A stretch of DNA of 64,000 bases. It comes from Methanocaldococcus sp. 28A. GTDB taxonomy: Archaea; AGJL01; Methanococci; Methanococcales; Methanocaldococcaceae. Positions 32,964-43,106 of this stretch are shown here, in pieces. Within the stretch, counting starts at the first letter, position 1. Each line of letters opens with the position of its first letter. The notes below the pieces were generated by a model. The model was not told the DNA's origin and made no database searches. It saw only the letters and a program-made list of their open reading frames with translations. The translations under genes were made by a program, and so were the position numbers. Location of the stretch: assembly GCA_049852185.1 (NCBI GenBank), contig CP187540.1. One strand, written 5' to 3'.

Positions 32964-33821
32964 TTGGCAGTAAAGGTGGGGATGATTCAATTATGCGGAT
33001 GTTCAGGCTGTCATATTTCTTTGTTAGATTTACACGATAAATTGTTAGAAATTTTACCAAATTTAGAGATTGTATATGCTCCAATAGTTGCAGACCCTAA
33101 GGAGATTCCAGAGGGTATAGATGTGTTTTTAGTTGAGGGAGGAATTAGGAACGAGCATGATGAACATTTAATTGAAGAAATTAGAGAGAAATCAAAGATT
33201 GTTATTGCATGGGGAACCTGCGCTGCTTATGGAGGTATTCCAGGTTTAGCTAACTTATATACAAAAGAAGAACTGTTAAATACAGTATATACTACTGATT
33301 CAACGGATAATAAAGGGGAAATTCCTTCAGAAGAAATTCCTGCTTTAGAAGAATATGTTAAGCCAATAAGCGATTTTGTAAAAGTTGATTACATTATTCC
33401 TGGATGCCCACCAACACCAAAAATGATTGCCGATGCAATTGTTGCATTGTTAAATGGAGAAGAGCCAAAATTACCAACAAAAATTGTCTGTGATGAATGT
33501 CCAAGAAAGAAAGAAAATGTATTCCCAGAGAAGTTTAAGAGAACCTATGAAGGAAAACCAGACTCAGAAAGATGTTTATTTGAGCAAGGTTACACATGTT
33601 TAGGATTTGCTACAAGAGCTGGATGTGGAGCAAAGTGTCCTAAGGCTGGAGTTCCATGCAGAGGTTGCTTTGGAAAAACTGATAAGTCTTTAGACTTAGG
33701 AGCTAACGCAGCTAACGTATTCGCTAATGCCGGAGAAGCTGCTTTAGCAATTCCAGACAAAGTAGCTTTATTAAATAGATTCACATTGCCAGATGCTTTA
33801 ATTAATAGAAAGGTAAAGTAA
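32964..33821 (+). CDS. vhuG: F420-non-reducing [NiFeSe] hydrogenase small subunit
   Basis: CGCSGC, WGTCA, PGCPP motifs; TTG start after GGTGA. Confidence 0.93.
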   Translation: MAVKVGMIQLCGCSGCHISLLDLHDKLLEILPNLEIVYAPIVADPKEIPEGIDVFLVEGGIRNEHDEHLIEEIREKSKIVIAWGTCAAYGGIPGLANLYTKEELLNTVYTTDSTDNKGEIPSEEIPALEEYVKPISDFVKVDYIIPGCPPTPKMIADAIVALLNGEEPKLPTKIVCDECPRKKENVFPEKFKRTYEGKPDSERCLFEQGYTCLGFATRAGCGAKCPKAGVPCRGCFGKTDKSLDLGANAANVFANAGEAALAIPDKVALLNRFTLPDALINRKVK

Positions 33822-33862
33822 TTACAAAAAATTAAAAATAATAATAAAATAAGGGTGAATTT

Positions 33863-35119
33863 ATGGGGAAGATAGTGATTGAACCCCTATCAAGATTGGA
33901 AGGGCATGGTAAGGTAACTATTACCTTAGATGAAAATGGAAAGCCTAAAGATGTTAAATTGCATATAACTGCATTAAGAGGATTTGAGCAGTTTGTTGTT
34001 GGAAGACCTGCTGAGGAAGTTCCAAGAATAGTTCCAAGAATTTGTGGTATTTGCCAAACAGCACACCACTTAGCGAGTGTTAAAGCACTTGATGCTGCTT
34101 GGAATGTAGAGATTCCAGAGCCAGCAAAAAAATTAAGAGAATTAATGCTTATAGGAAACATAATCCACAGCCATGCTCTACACTTTTATTTCTTAGCAGC
34201 TCCTGACTTCATTCTTGGAGTTGATGCAAACCCGGCAATAAGAAATGTTGTTGGAGTTATAGACAAAGCTCCTGAAGTTGCTAAGCAAGCAATTGCGTTA
34301 AGAAAGTTTGGACAAAAAATTGTTGAGGCAATAGGGGGAAAGGCAATCCACCCAGTTACTGGAATTCCAGGAGGGCAAACAAAGAGATTAACTGAAGAAG
34401 AAAGAGATGAGTTGTTGAAGGATACTGACCAGATGATAGAATACGCTAAAAATGGAATTGAGTTAATAAAACGAATAAATGAACAGTATATTGAACAAAT
34501 AAAGACATTGGGAGTTATTGATACTTGGTATTTGGGTTTAGTTAAAGATGAAAAGCACAACTTCTACGATGGAACTTTAAGATTCCTCTCACCAGATGGA
34601 AAAGAGAAAGTAGATTTTAAACCAGCTGAATATTTAGATTACATAGGAGAGTATGTAGTTCCTCACAGCTATGTCAAATATCCATACTACAAGAAAGCAG
34701 GATATCCTGAAGGGATTTATAGAGTAGGGCCTTTACCAATGTTAAACGTCTGTGAGGAAATGGAAACTCCTTTAGCAGAGGAATATAGAAAAGAATTCTT
34801 TGATATCTTTGGGTTTCCAGCAAATCAATCATTAGCTTATCATCATGCAAGATTAATAGAATTAGTTAAAGCGTGTGAAAAAGCAAAGATATTATTAGAA
34901 GATAACGATATTACATCAGATGATATTAAAGCAGAAGTTGAGCCAAAAGCTGGAAATGGTGTTGGAGTAGTTTATGCTCCAAGAGGAGTTTTAATCCACA
35001 ACTACGAAACTGATGAAAATGGAATTGTTGTTAAAGCAAATATGATTGTTGCTACAACTCACAACGTTCCAACAATGGAAAAAGCTATTCAACAGGCAGC
35101 TCAAGAAATCTTTAAATAA
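33863..35119 (+). CDS. vhuA: F420-non-reducing hydrogenase large subunit (C-terminal Ni ligands supplied by VhuU)
   Basis: RLEGHG, RICGIC; lacks the C-terminal DPCxxC motif. Confidence 0.95.
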   Translation: MGKIVIEPLSRLEGHGKVTITLDENGKPKDVKLHITALRGFEQFVVGRPAEEVPRIVPRICGICQTAHHLASVKALDAAWNVEIPEPAKKLRELMLIGNIIHSHALHFYFLAAPDFILGVDANPAIRNVVGVIDKAPEVAKQAIALRKFGQKIVEAIGGKAIHPVTGIPGGQTKRLTEEERDELLKDTDQMIEYAKNGIELIKRINEQYIEQIKTLGVIDTWYLGLVKDEKHNFYDGTLRFLSPDGKEKVDFKPAEYLDYIGEYVVPHSYVKYPYYKKAGYPEGIYRVGPLPMLNVCEEMETPLAEEYRKEFFDIFGFPANQSLAYHHARLIELVKACEKAKILLEDNDITSDDIKAEVEPKAGNGVGVVYAPRGVLIHNYETDENGIVVKANMIVATTHNVPTMEKAIQQAAQEIFK

Positions 35120-35204
35120 AGATATCTTTAGATAAGTATTATTAGCCGTTTCTTTCACTTTCTCTATTATGATTATCTAATCACTAACCATTATGGTGAT
35201 GAGT

Positions 35205-35357
35205 ATGGCTGAAAAAAGCACAGTCAAAGTTGATGAGGTAAAGTTAAACTTAATTGAGGTAGTTTTGAGGGCTTACGACCCTTGATATTCATGTGCTGCG
35301 CATATAATAGTTAAAGATGAGAAAGGAAATAAAATTATTGAGATTATTAAAGAATAA
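35205..35357 (+). CDS. vhuU: Hydrogenase selenopeptide VhuU (Sec at TGA 35283-85), 50 aa; absent from ORF track
   Basis: [20 protein letters not shown] followed by a cleavable tail; GGTGA RBS. Confidence 0.96.
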
Positions 35358-35392
35358 GCTCACAACCGAACCCATTTGGGAGGTTGTGGGCT
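35357..35392 (+). promoter_or_regulatory. Archaeal SECIS element (vhuU)
   Basis: GCTCACAACC-GAA-CCC-ATTT-GGG-A-GGTTGTGGGC. Confidence 0.94.
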
Positions 35393-35469
35393 CTTTCCCC
35401 TTATGCAAGGGGAATTCGCTAAAATCCTTTTGTGGATTTTAGCGCAAAATTTTTAGGAGGATGGGATTG

Positions 35470-36639
35470 ATGAGCATAACAATCCAGAGAGAAGCGTGTT
35501 TAGTGTGCTATGCTTGCCAAGCAGAATGTCCGACAAAGGCAATAGATATAGACAATTTTAAGGTGTGTAATTTATGCATGCAGTGCGTCAATGTATGCCC
35601 AACTGGGGCGTTAGTAGAGGAAGAGATAAAAATCAATGGAAAAACAGCAAAAAGAGTTAATTACTTAGCTCACAAGTGTGAGAAGTGTGGAGCCTGTGCG
35701 GAAGTATGTCCAGTAGGGATTAAGAAGGTTGATAATGAATTTCCATATTCAAAAGGACATTGCGTTTTATGTCAAAAATGTATAGAAGTTTGTCCAATTG
35801 AAATTATCTCTCTACCAGGGATTATAGACAAACCTAAAAAAGAAGTTAAAGCTCCAAAAGAACCTATAGCGGTTACAGACGCTTGTGTTGGTTGCGGAAT
35901 CTGTGTTCCAGAGTGTCCTGTAGGTGCAATAACCTTAGAAGATAATAAGGCAGTTATTGATAAAAGCAAGTGTATTTACTGCAGTATATGTGCTCAAACA
36001 TGTCCATGGAATGCTATCTTTGTAGCAGGTAAGATACCTAAGAAGAGAAGAAAAGAAGTTAAGAAATTTGATGTTGATGCAGAAAAATGTATTTACTGCT
36101 TAAAATGTGTTGAAATCTGTCCAGGAGATATGATTAAGGTCGATAAGGAAAATATGATTGTTGTTCCACCAAAATCATGTCCTGCTTGTAAGCTATGTGT
36201 AAATATCTGTCCAGTCGATGCTTTAGAATTGGATGTTAAATTAGCCTCTCCACATCCTATAACTGATGAAGGTTTAGTTATTGTAGAAGAGGATTTCGAT
36301 GTATTGAAGAAATGTGCTTCTGTCTGTCCAACTGAAGCTATTGTTGTAGATGAGAAGAAAAAAGAAGTTAGAATGTGTATTGTCTGTGGAGCTTGTACTG
36401 TAGCTTGCCCAACTGGTGCCTTAAAGTTAGGTAAGATAGAGCATAATGGTAAGGAATACAACAGAATTGAATTCAGCCCATACTTGTGTGATAAATGCGG
36501 AAAATGTGTCGAAGTCTGCCCAATGAAAACTTTAAGATTATCAAGAGGCAAATTGCCTCTAAAAGGTTATTGCGTAATGTGCCTCCTCTGTCTCTCCTGC
36601 GCTGAGGCTGAAAAAAAGAAAGTTTTAGAATTAAGATAA
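35470..36639 (+). CDS. vhuB: Polyferredoxin
   Basis: More than ten CxxCxxCxxxCP motifs; position in vhu operon; alternative start 35461. Confidence 0.92.
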   Translation: MSITIQREACLVCYACQAECPTKAIDIDNFKVCNLCMQCVNVCPTGALVEEEIKINGKTAKRVNYLAHKCEKCGACAEVCPVGIKKVDNEFPYSKGHCVLCQKCIEVCPIEIISLPGIIDKPKKEVKAPKEPIAVTDACVGCGICVPECPVGAITLEDNKAVIDKSKCIYCSICAQTCPWNAIFVAGKIPKKRRKEVKKFDVDAEKCIYCLKCVEICPGDMIKVDKENMIVVPPKSCPACKLCVNICPVDALELDVKLASPHPITDEGLVIVEEDFDVLKKCASVCPTEAIVVDEKKKEVRMCIVCGACTVACPTGALKLGKIEHNGKEYNRIEFSPYLCDKCGKCVEVCPMKTLRLSRGKLPLKGYCVMCLLCLSCAEAEKKKVLELR

Positions 36640-36664
36640 GATAACTAAAAGGGGTGAATCCCTT

Positions 36665-37972
36665 ATGGTAAAGGTTATTAGAAACGTTGTTTGTCCTTTC
36701 TGTGCGACACTATGTGATGACTTAGAGATTTTAGTTGAAGACAACCACATAGTTGGAACAAGACATGCTTGTAGAATTGGAAACGCAAAGTTTATGCATT
36801 TTGAAGGGGCGGTAAGATATACAGAACCATTAATGAGAGAAAATAAAAAAGATGAGTTCAAAAAGGTTGATTATGAAACTGCAATTGAAGAAACTGCAAG
36901 ATTATTAACTGAAGCGGCTCTACCATTAATCTACGGATGGAGTGCTACTGAATGTCACGCACACATGTATGGAGTTGAATTAGCTGAGTTAGTTGGAGCA
37001 GTTGTTGATAACACTGCAAGTGTTTGACACGGACCTTCCCTCTTAGCTGTACAGGACGTAGGATACCCCGTTTGTACATTAGGAGAAGTTAAAAATAGAG
37101 CGGATGTAATTATCTTTTGGGGTTCAAACCCAATGCACGCCCACCCAAGACATATGAGTAGATATTCAGTATTTGCAAGAGGATTTTTCAGAGAAAGAGG
37201 GAGAGAGGATAGAACAGTTATTGTTGTAGACCCAAGAGAGACAGATACTGCTAAGTTAGCAGATATACACTTACAGGTTGAGCAGCATAAGGATTATGAG
37301 TTAATAAGTGCTATGAGGGCAGTATTGAAAGGATTTGAATTACGAGTAGATAGAGTTGCAGGAGTTCCAGCAGATTTAATCTATGATGCAGTAGAAATAT
37401 GTAAAAATGCTCAGTTTGGAGAATTGTTCTTCGCAATGGGAGTAACAATGACAAAAGGTAAGCATAGAAATATCGATAACGCTATACAATTAGTTATTGA
37501 TTTAAACGCTTATACAAAATTTGGACTAATGCCAATGAGAGGTCACTACAACGTAAATGGTTTCAACCAAGTTTTAACATGGGTTACTGGTTTTCCATTT
37601 GGAGTTGATTTTTCAAGAGGATATCCAAGATACAACCCAGGAGAAACTACAGCTAATGACTTATTACAAAGAGGAGAAACTGACATGATGTTAAACATTG
37701 CTTCAGACCCAGGAGCACACTTCCCACAAAAAGCAGTTCAACACATGGCAAAGATACCATTAGTTTGTATCGACCCACACGAAACACCAACAACCCAATT
37801 AGCAAATATTATAATTCCACCAGCAATTGCTGGAGTTGAAGTTGAGGGGACTGCTTATAGGATGGATGGGGTGCCAATTCAGTTGAGGAAGGTTATTGAC
37901 CCACCAGAAGGTGTTTTACCAGATAGAGAAATATTGAAGATGCTCATTAAGAAAGTTAAAGAGATGCTTTAA
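36665..37972 (+). CDS. fwdB: Tungsten formylmethanofuran dehydrogenase subunit B, selenoprotein (Sec at TGA 37025-27), 435 aa
   Basis: [10 protein letters not shown]; DNTASV-U-HGPS reads through in frame to [10 protein letters not shown] and RGHYNV. Confidence 0.95.
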
Positions 37973-38083
37973 AAATTTTAATAAGAAAAATATAAATATT
38001 GGGTTTATATTTAGTTAAATAGTGGGGTGGGCGTGCAACGTTAACCATCTTTGGGGTATCCTACATCCTACGTTACACGTCGT

Positions 38084-38119
38084 ATGTTGGAGGGGAACCC
38101 GTAAGGGACCCTCCAACAT
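38084..38119 (+). promoter_or_regulatory. Archaeal SECIS element (fwdB)
   Basis: ATGTTGGAGGG-GAA-CCC-GTAA-GGG-A-CCCTCCAACAT. Confidence 0.95.
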
Positions 38120-38207
38120 TTTATTATTTTAGACACTTAAATCAATTAATTTAAATATATATTATAAAGTATTCTTATGCAAAAATATATAAATATATAA
38201 TCTATGT

Positions 38208-38609
38208 TTATACCATTCCAAAAACTTCAAAATATTTTTTCTGCCTAACAACCATTACTGGAATGTTGTTTTCCATTAATTTTTCTTTGAGTTCTTTATC
38301 ATTTGTTGCTACAATGACATTCTCGTTTTCTTTTGCATAATTTAATATTGCTTCATCTGCATAACCTTCATAGTTGATTAATTTATAGTTTTTTATTTTT
38401 GCAAGAGCTAAATTAATTGCTAATTTTTCCTTACCTTTTAAATCTCTGCTTCTTAATAACTTCTCCAATTCTTCCTTTACAGGAGAGAGAATAACAATTT
38501 CAAATTTTGAATTTATAGCCCTCTCTATTTCATAATCAAAGTTTATCTTATGCTTAAAAACATAAATTAAAAAGTTAGTATCAGGAACTATTTTGTATAT
38601 GGCTATCAC
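38208..38609 (-). CDS. PIN-domain protein (Fcf1/Utp24-like archaeal family)
   Basis: PDTNFL, EELE, ADEAIL, VATND..LK; start uncertain (GTG 38609 or ATA 38600). Confidence 0.88.
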   Translation of the reverse strand: MIAIYKIVPDTNFLIYVFKHKINFDYEIERAINSKFEIVILSPVKEELEKLLRSRDLKGKEKLAINLALAKIKNYKLINYEGYADEAILNYAKENENVIVATNDKELKEKLMENNIPVMVVRQKKYFEVFGMV

Positions 38610-38625
38610 CCGAAATAATTATTCT

Positions 38626-38718
38626 AATAGAACTTTTGCAGGAAATATTTTTTGATTGAATATAGACCTTTAGGTGTCAAAGCTCCTTATTTAATATATA
38701 AACTGCGAAAGTCCTATT
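38626..38718. repeat. Palindromic repeat family A
   Basis: AATAGAACTTTTGCAG ... CTGCGAAAGTCCTATT; closely similar to 17540-17639. Confidence 0.88.
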
Positions 38719-38727
38719 CTAAGAATT

Positions 38728-41700
38728 TTAGGATTCATTAACTTTAACTTTTGAAATTCCACTTTCTTTTGTTATATTTATTATACAGTCAGCAACATCT
38801 TCAAGTTCTCTATGGTGGGTTATAATTATCATCTGTGGAATGCTTTTAACTTTTCTAAATATTTCAGCTAACTTAGCTCTTCTATTTTCATCTAAATATA
38901 CTGTTGGTTCATCTAAGATAATACAGTCAATTTTACTCCCAATTAAAGCGTTAGCTATAGCCAATCTTAAAGAGAGAGCAACAGCTATCTGTTCTCCTCC
39001 ACTTAAATTGTCTATAGTTAAAATGCCATTTGGTGAATGAACCTTTATCTCAAAATCTTCAGTAAGTTCTACAAAGCTATATGGTAAATCAAACTCGTTA
39101 AATGCTTCATTTAAATATTTCTGGATTAATGGAACATATTTCTTCCTAAGATACTTTTGAAATCCATCTCTACTAAACACACTTCTAACTTTATTTAAAT
39201 AGTCAATAAACTTTATTAATTTCTCTTTTTCTTTTTCCAACTCATGCAATTCCCTTAATTTTTTGTTTATATTTTCAATATCGTCTTTTAAATATTTTAT
39301 TTGAGATTCTATTTTTCCAAATTCTATTTCAGCATTTTTAAGTTCATTCTGCTTTTTCTCAAACTCCCTCTCTATCTCTATAAATTTCTTATCAGAATAG
39401 TTTATCTCATTGAGTTTTTGATTTATATAGTTAATTCTTTCTTCTATCTCTTTAATTTTTTCATTAACTTCTAAAATTTTATTGTTTAAGTAATTTTCAA
39501 TATCTTCTTTTCTATATCTTTTTTTGATGTTGTTTAAAGTAATTTCTGCTGAATTACATCTCTTATATATATCTTCAAGCTCATACACTCTCTTTTTATA
39601 GTTCTCTAATTTTTCATTTAGTGATAGATATTCCTTATACATTCCTAACTTTGATAACATTCTATTTTCAATTTCTTTAAATTCATTTTCTTTCTTCTTA
39701 AGTTCTATAATTTTATCTTTTAAATAGGACACTTCTTTTTCTTCTTCTCTGAGTTTTTTTAGTTCTTCTCTGCATTTTTCTTTATTCCATCCTTTAACGC
39801 TCTCTCTAATGTATCCAATTCTCTCTTTAAGCTTTTCTTCATTAACACTATTTAAATATTTTATTGCAGACACATACTCGTTATATTTATCTTTAATTTC
39901 ATTTAATTGGGACTTAGCTTCTTCTAACAATTCATTTACAGGTTTTCCATTAATAATATAATTAAACAACTGATTTTCAACATCTTTTAGCTCTTTTTCA
40001 AGCTCATCCAATTTTAACTTTAAACTTTCTAAATTCTTCTGTTTTTCGTAGTATTTAGTTTCAAGTTCTCTAAGCTTTTTCTCTTTACCAATTTCATTAT
40101 TTATTTTATTTGTTTTATTCTCAATTTCAATAATTTTTCTTTTTAATGTTTCTAATTCATTGTATTTATTATTTAATTGAGTTTTATGAAAATCTATTAA
40201 ATCTTGCTTTTTATTCTCATCTATTGGTGTTTTACACAATGGACATTTTCCTTCAACATCTTTAAGCTCTTTTAGGACTTTACTTATATTTTTAATTTCA
40301 TTATTAATTTCACCAATTTTTTGTTTCAACTCTTCTTTTTGTTTCTGTAATTGAACAAGTTCATCTTTCTTTTTCTCAATCTCTTCCAATGATTTTTTTA
40401 TTTCGTCAATATTTATATTATTTAACTCAATCTTAATTTTTTCAATTTCATAGGAAATATTTTTTATGTTGTCTTCTAATGATTTTTTCTTTTGCAGTAA
40501 TTTTGTGTATTCTAAGTTTAATTTGCTATATTCGTCTATTTTTTTCTCCAATTCTAAGTATTTCTCATAGTATTTTTTATATTCATTAGCAACTTTTTTA
40601 TATTTCTCAATCTCATCAAGCTTTTCATTTAAATTTTCAAGCTCTCCAAGTAGTTCTATAATATTCTCAATCTCCTCAATATTTCCTTTAATATTCTCTA
40701 AAATCTCATCTAATTTATCAATCTTATCTTTATATTTACTTTTGTTAATAATTTCTTTTAAGTTAGTAACATCTTCTTCAATAGCCTCCAATCTTTTAGA
40801 TAGTCTTATGTATTCTTCATAATAAGGTTTTAATTCATTTAATCTACTCTCAATTGTCCTAATTCCATCAATTAAAGATTTGTATTCTTCGTATTCATTT
40901 TTATACGCTTTTAAGATATCTTTTACTTTTAAGACTTCATTTAAATCATATTTTAAGTTTTCAAGTTCATTAGTGGCGAGTTCTAAAGCTTTGTTTCTCT
41001 CTTCAAGTTTAGTTATTAATTTTTCATACAAGGATTTTTTATTTTTCCAATCTTCAAAATTCTTTTTAGCAGTTTCAAATTCATCTCTAAGTTTATCTAT
41101 CTTACTTTTGATTATTTCAAGCTCTTTTTCTTTTTCAGATAGCTCATTTTCTTTATCTTTTAATTCTTTCTCATAATTTTTTTTCTGATTTAGATTACCT
41201 TCAATTTCTCTTAACTGTTTTTCATACTCACTAATAACCTCTCTCATTTTTTGGTAGCATTTTTCTAAATCATCAATTCCCAAAAGCTTTCCAATAACTT
41301 CCATTCTTTCAGATGGTTGTAAATTTAAAAGTTTAGCAATTTCTCCCTGCTTAATATATATAGAATTTAGAAATATGTCCTTATCTATTCCCAAAATATC
41401 AGAAATTGCTTTATTAACCTCACTAACTGTTCTTGCATATAAAGTTCCGTTTTTATATAATTTAGCTGAACCTCTTCCGTCGTATTCTCTAATAATTTTA
41501 TATATATTCCCATTAACTTTAAAATCAAGTTCAACTGTCATTGCTTTTTTACCTTTGGTTATAACTGCATCATAACTTAATCCCATTCTCCTTAAAGCAT
41601 CAGCCCCAAATAAAGCAAAAAACATAGCCTCAAATATTGATGACTTTCCACTACCATTTTCTCCAATAATGGCAATAATTCCTTCACTAAAATCAATTTT

Positions 41701-41751
41701 TGTATTAACATGGCTTTTAAAGTTGTTCATTTTTATACTATTTATTATCAT
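38728..41751 (-). CDS. rad50: DNA double-strand break repair ATPase Rad50
   Basis: GENGSGKS Walker A, long coiled coil, CPLC zinc hook, LSGGE, LDEPT; alternative start 41757. Confidence 0.96.
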   Translation of the reverse strand: MIINSIKMNNFKSHVNTKIDFSEGIIAIIGENGSGKSSIFEAMFFALFGADALRRMGLSYDAVITKGKKAMTVELDFKVNGNIYKIIREYDGRGSAKLYKNGTLYARTVSEVNKAISDILGIDKDIFLNSIYIKQGEIAKLLNLQPSERMEVIGKLLGIDDLEKCYQKMREVISEYEKQLREIEGNLNQKKNYEKELKDKENELSEKEKELEIIKSKIDKLRDEFETAKKNFEDWKNKKSLYEKLITKLEERNKALELATNELENLKYDLNEVLKVKDILKAYKNEYEEYKSLIDGIRTIESRLNELKPYYEEYIRLSKRLEAIEEDVTNLKEIINKSKYKDKIDKLDEILENIKGNIEEIENIIELLGELENLNEKLDEIEKYKKVANEYKKYYEKYLELEKKIDEYSKLNLEYTKLLQKKKSLEDNIKNISYEIEKIKIELNNINIDEIKKSLEEIEKKKDELVQLQKQKEELKQKIGEINNEIKNISKVLKELKDVEGKCPLCKTPIDENKKQDLIDFHKTQLNNKYNELETLKRKIIEIENKTNKINNEIGKEKKLRELETKYYEKQKNLESLKLKLDELEKELKDVENQLFNYIINGKPVNELLEEAKSQLNEIKDKYNEYVSAIKYLNSVNEEKLKERIGYIRESVKGWNKEKCREELKKLREEEKEVSYLKDKIIELKKKENEFKEIENRMLSKLGMYKEYLSLNEKLENYKKRVYELEDIYKRCNSAEITLNNIKKRYRKEDIENYLNNKILEVNEKIKEIEERINYINQKLNEINYSDKKFIEIEREFEKKQNELKNAEIEFGKIESQIKYLKDDIENINKKLRELHELEKEKEKLIKFIDYLNKVRSVFSRDGFQKYLRKKYVPLIQKYLNEAFNEFDLPYSFVELTEDFEIKVHSPNGILTIDNLSGGEQIAVALSLRLAIANALIGSKIDCIILDEPTVYLDENRRAKLAEIFRKVKSIPQMIIITHHRELEDVADCIINITKESGISKVKVNES

Positions 41752-41766
41752 AAACATCCCCTAAAT

Positions 41767-42876
41767 TTAGAGTTTATTTGCATAAAAAAATTTTTTGTAA
41801 TAGTTATCTAATAGTTCTTTCCAATCTTCATTATTAACAAGAGACTTATACAAATTTAAAACCAAATCTCCATCAAGATTTTGTTTATTAGCATAATCCA
41901 ACAGAAGTTCTTTAATATTTATAGATTCAATATCAATATCACCTGAAATGTCAATTAGTTCATCATCCACAACTACAACTTTACTAATTAAGATTTTATC
42001 TTTTATTGACTCAAACCATGGTATAAATTCTTTTTTAATTTTTCCAAAAACAATTGGCTTATTTTTGCATTTATTTATCTTTTCTTTAGCATCATTAAGC
42101 GTTTTTTTGTCTTTAACATTCACTTCTACAAATTCTCTACACTCAATATTAATTTTGTCAATATCATTAATGTCCAAAGAATTTTTACTAAAATCAACTA
42201 AATAAAAACCTTTTCCATTCTTTTTGTAATCTTCATACTCATTTCTATAAATAATGTCTGTTGAACCACTATAAGCTAAAATACCATCATTAAATATCTC
42301 TAAAACTCTATTATGTATATGCCCAAACGCATAGTAAGAAAATTTTGGTAAATCAAAATGTTCTAATTCATAATCAAATGGAATATATGGATTAATTCCT
42401 TGATGAAGCATCAATATCTTCTTTTTATAATTGTTAGATTCAACTTCAAATTTTTTTAATTTCTTTACTAATTCTTCTCTTTTGCTCTTTGTGTGATAAT
42501 AAGTTCCACAAATAAATATCTCTTCTCCATTTACTTTTATAACATCACATCCATCTAAGATTTTAACATAGTCCTTTAATAAAGCTAATGGTGATTCTCT
42601 TCCAAATCTTTTAGGCATTTCATGGTTTCCTCCAATAATATAAACTTTTATATTTTTCTCGTGCAATTTTTTAAATGCCTGCATGGCTATTCTTAAAGCC
42701 TTTATTGGAGGTCTTAAATCATTAAATAAATCCCCACTATGCAAAACAAAATCTGGCTTTATTTCTAAAATCTCTTTTATACATGAAATAAATGATTTGT
42801 ATATGTCTTCCTCTCTTTCATCTAAATTATACTGCCTATAACCTAAGTGATTATCAGCTATATGGACAAACTGCAT
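41767..42876 (-). CDS. mre11: DNA repair nuclease Mre11
   Basis: ADNHLG, GDLF, GNHE, GHIH phosphoesterase motifs; adjacent to rad50. Confidence 0.95.
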   Translation of the reverse strand: MQFVHIADNHLGYRQYNLDEREEDIYKSFISCIKEILEIKPDFVLHSGDLFNDLRPPIKALRIAMQAFKKLHEKNIKVYIIGGNHEMPKRFGRESPLALLKDYVKILDGCDVIKVNGEEIFICGTYYHTKSKREELVKKLKKFEVESNNYKKKILMLHQGINPYIPFDYELEHFDLPKFSYYAFGHIHNRVLEIFNDGILAYSGSTDIIYRNEYEDYKKNGKGFYLVDFSKNSLDINDIDKINIECREFVEVNVKDKKTLNDAKEKINKCKNKPIVFGKIKKEFIPWFESIKDKILISKVVVVDDELIDISGDIDIESINIKELLLDYANKQNLDGDLVLNLYKSLVNNEDWKELLDNYYKKFFYANKL

Positions 42877-42904
42877 TTTTTCACCTAAATTTCACATTTG
42901 TATT

Positions 42905-43012
42905 TATAGTTGTGTGCAAAATAAAATAAACTTTTATAATGGCATTTTGAATGCCTTCTCTAAGGAAGACATTCACTAATAATTATTTAAGATAGTTTTG
43001 CACACAACTATA
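42905..43012. repeat. Palindromic repeat family B (opposite orientation to the 15845 copy)
   Basis: Perfect TATAGTTGTGTGCAAAA TIRs, internal hairpin. Confidence 0.9.
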
Positions 43013-43106
43013 GAAAGAATAGTAACTTAAAAATATTAACAAATATATAAAATATTATATGATAGTGAATATATTCCATAAATAAATTTTTTACGTGGTA
43101 GAGAAT

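Noticed and set aside
30199-37972. hdrA and fwdB as split pseudogenes
   Set aside because: The breaks are in-frame TGA at conserved Cys positions with SECIS-type hairpins downstream, i.e. selenocysteine
38020-38120. GC-rich islands as tRNA or rRNA fragments
   Set aside because: No cloverleaf or TTCRA T-loop; explained by SECIS-associated hairpins
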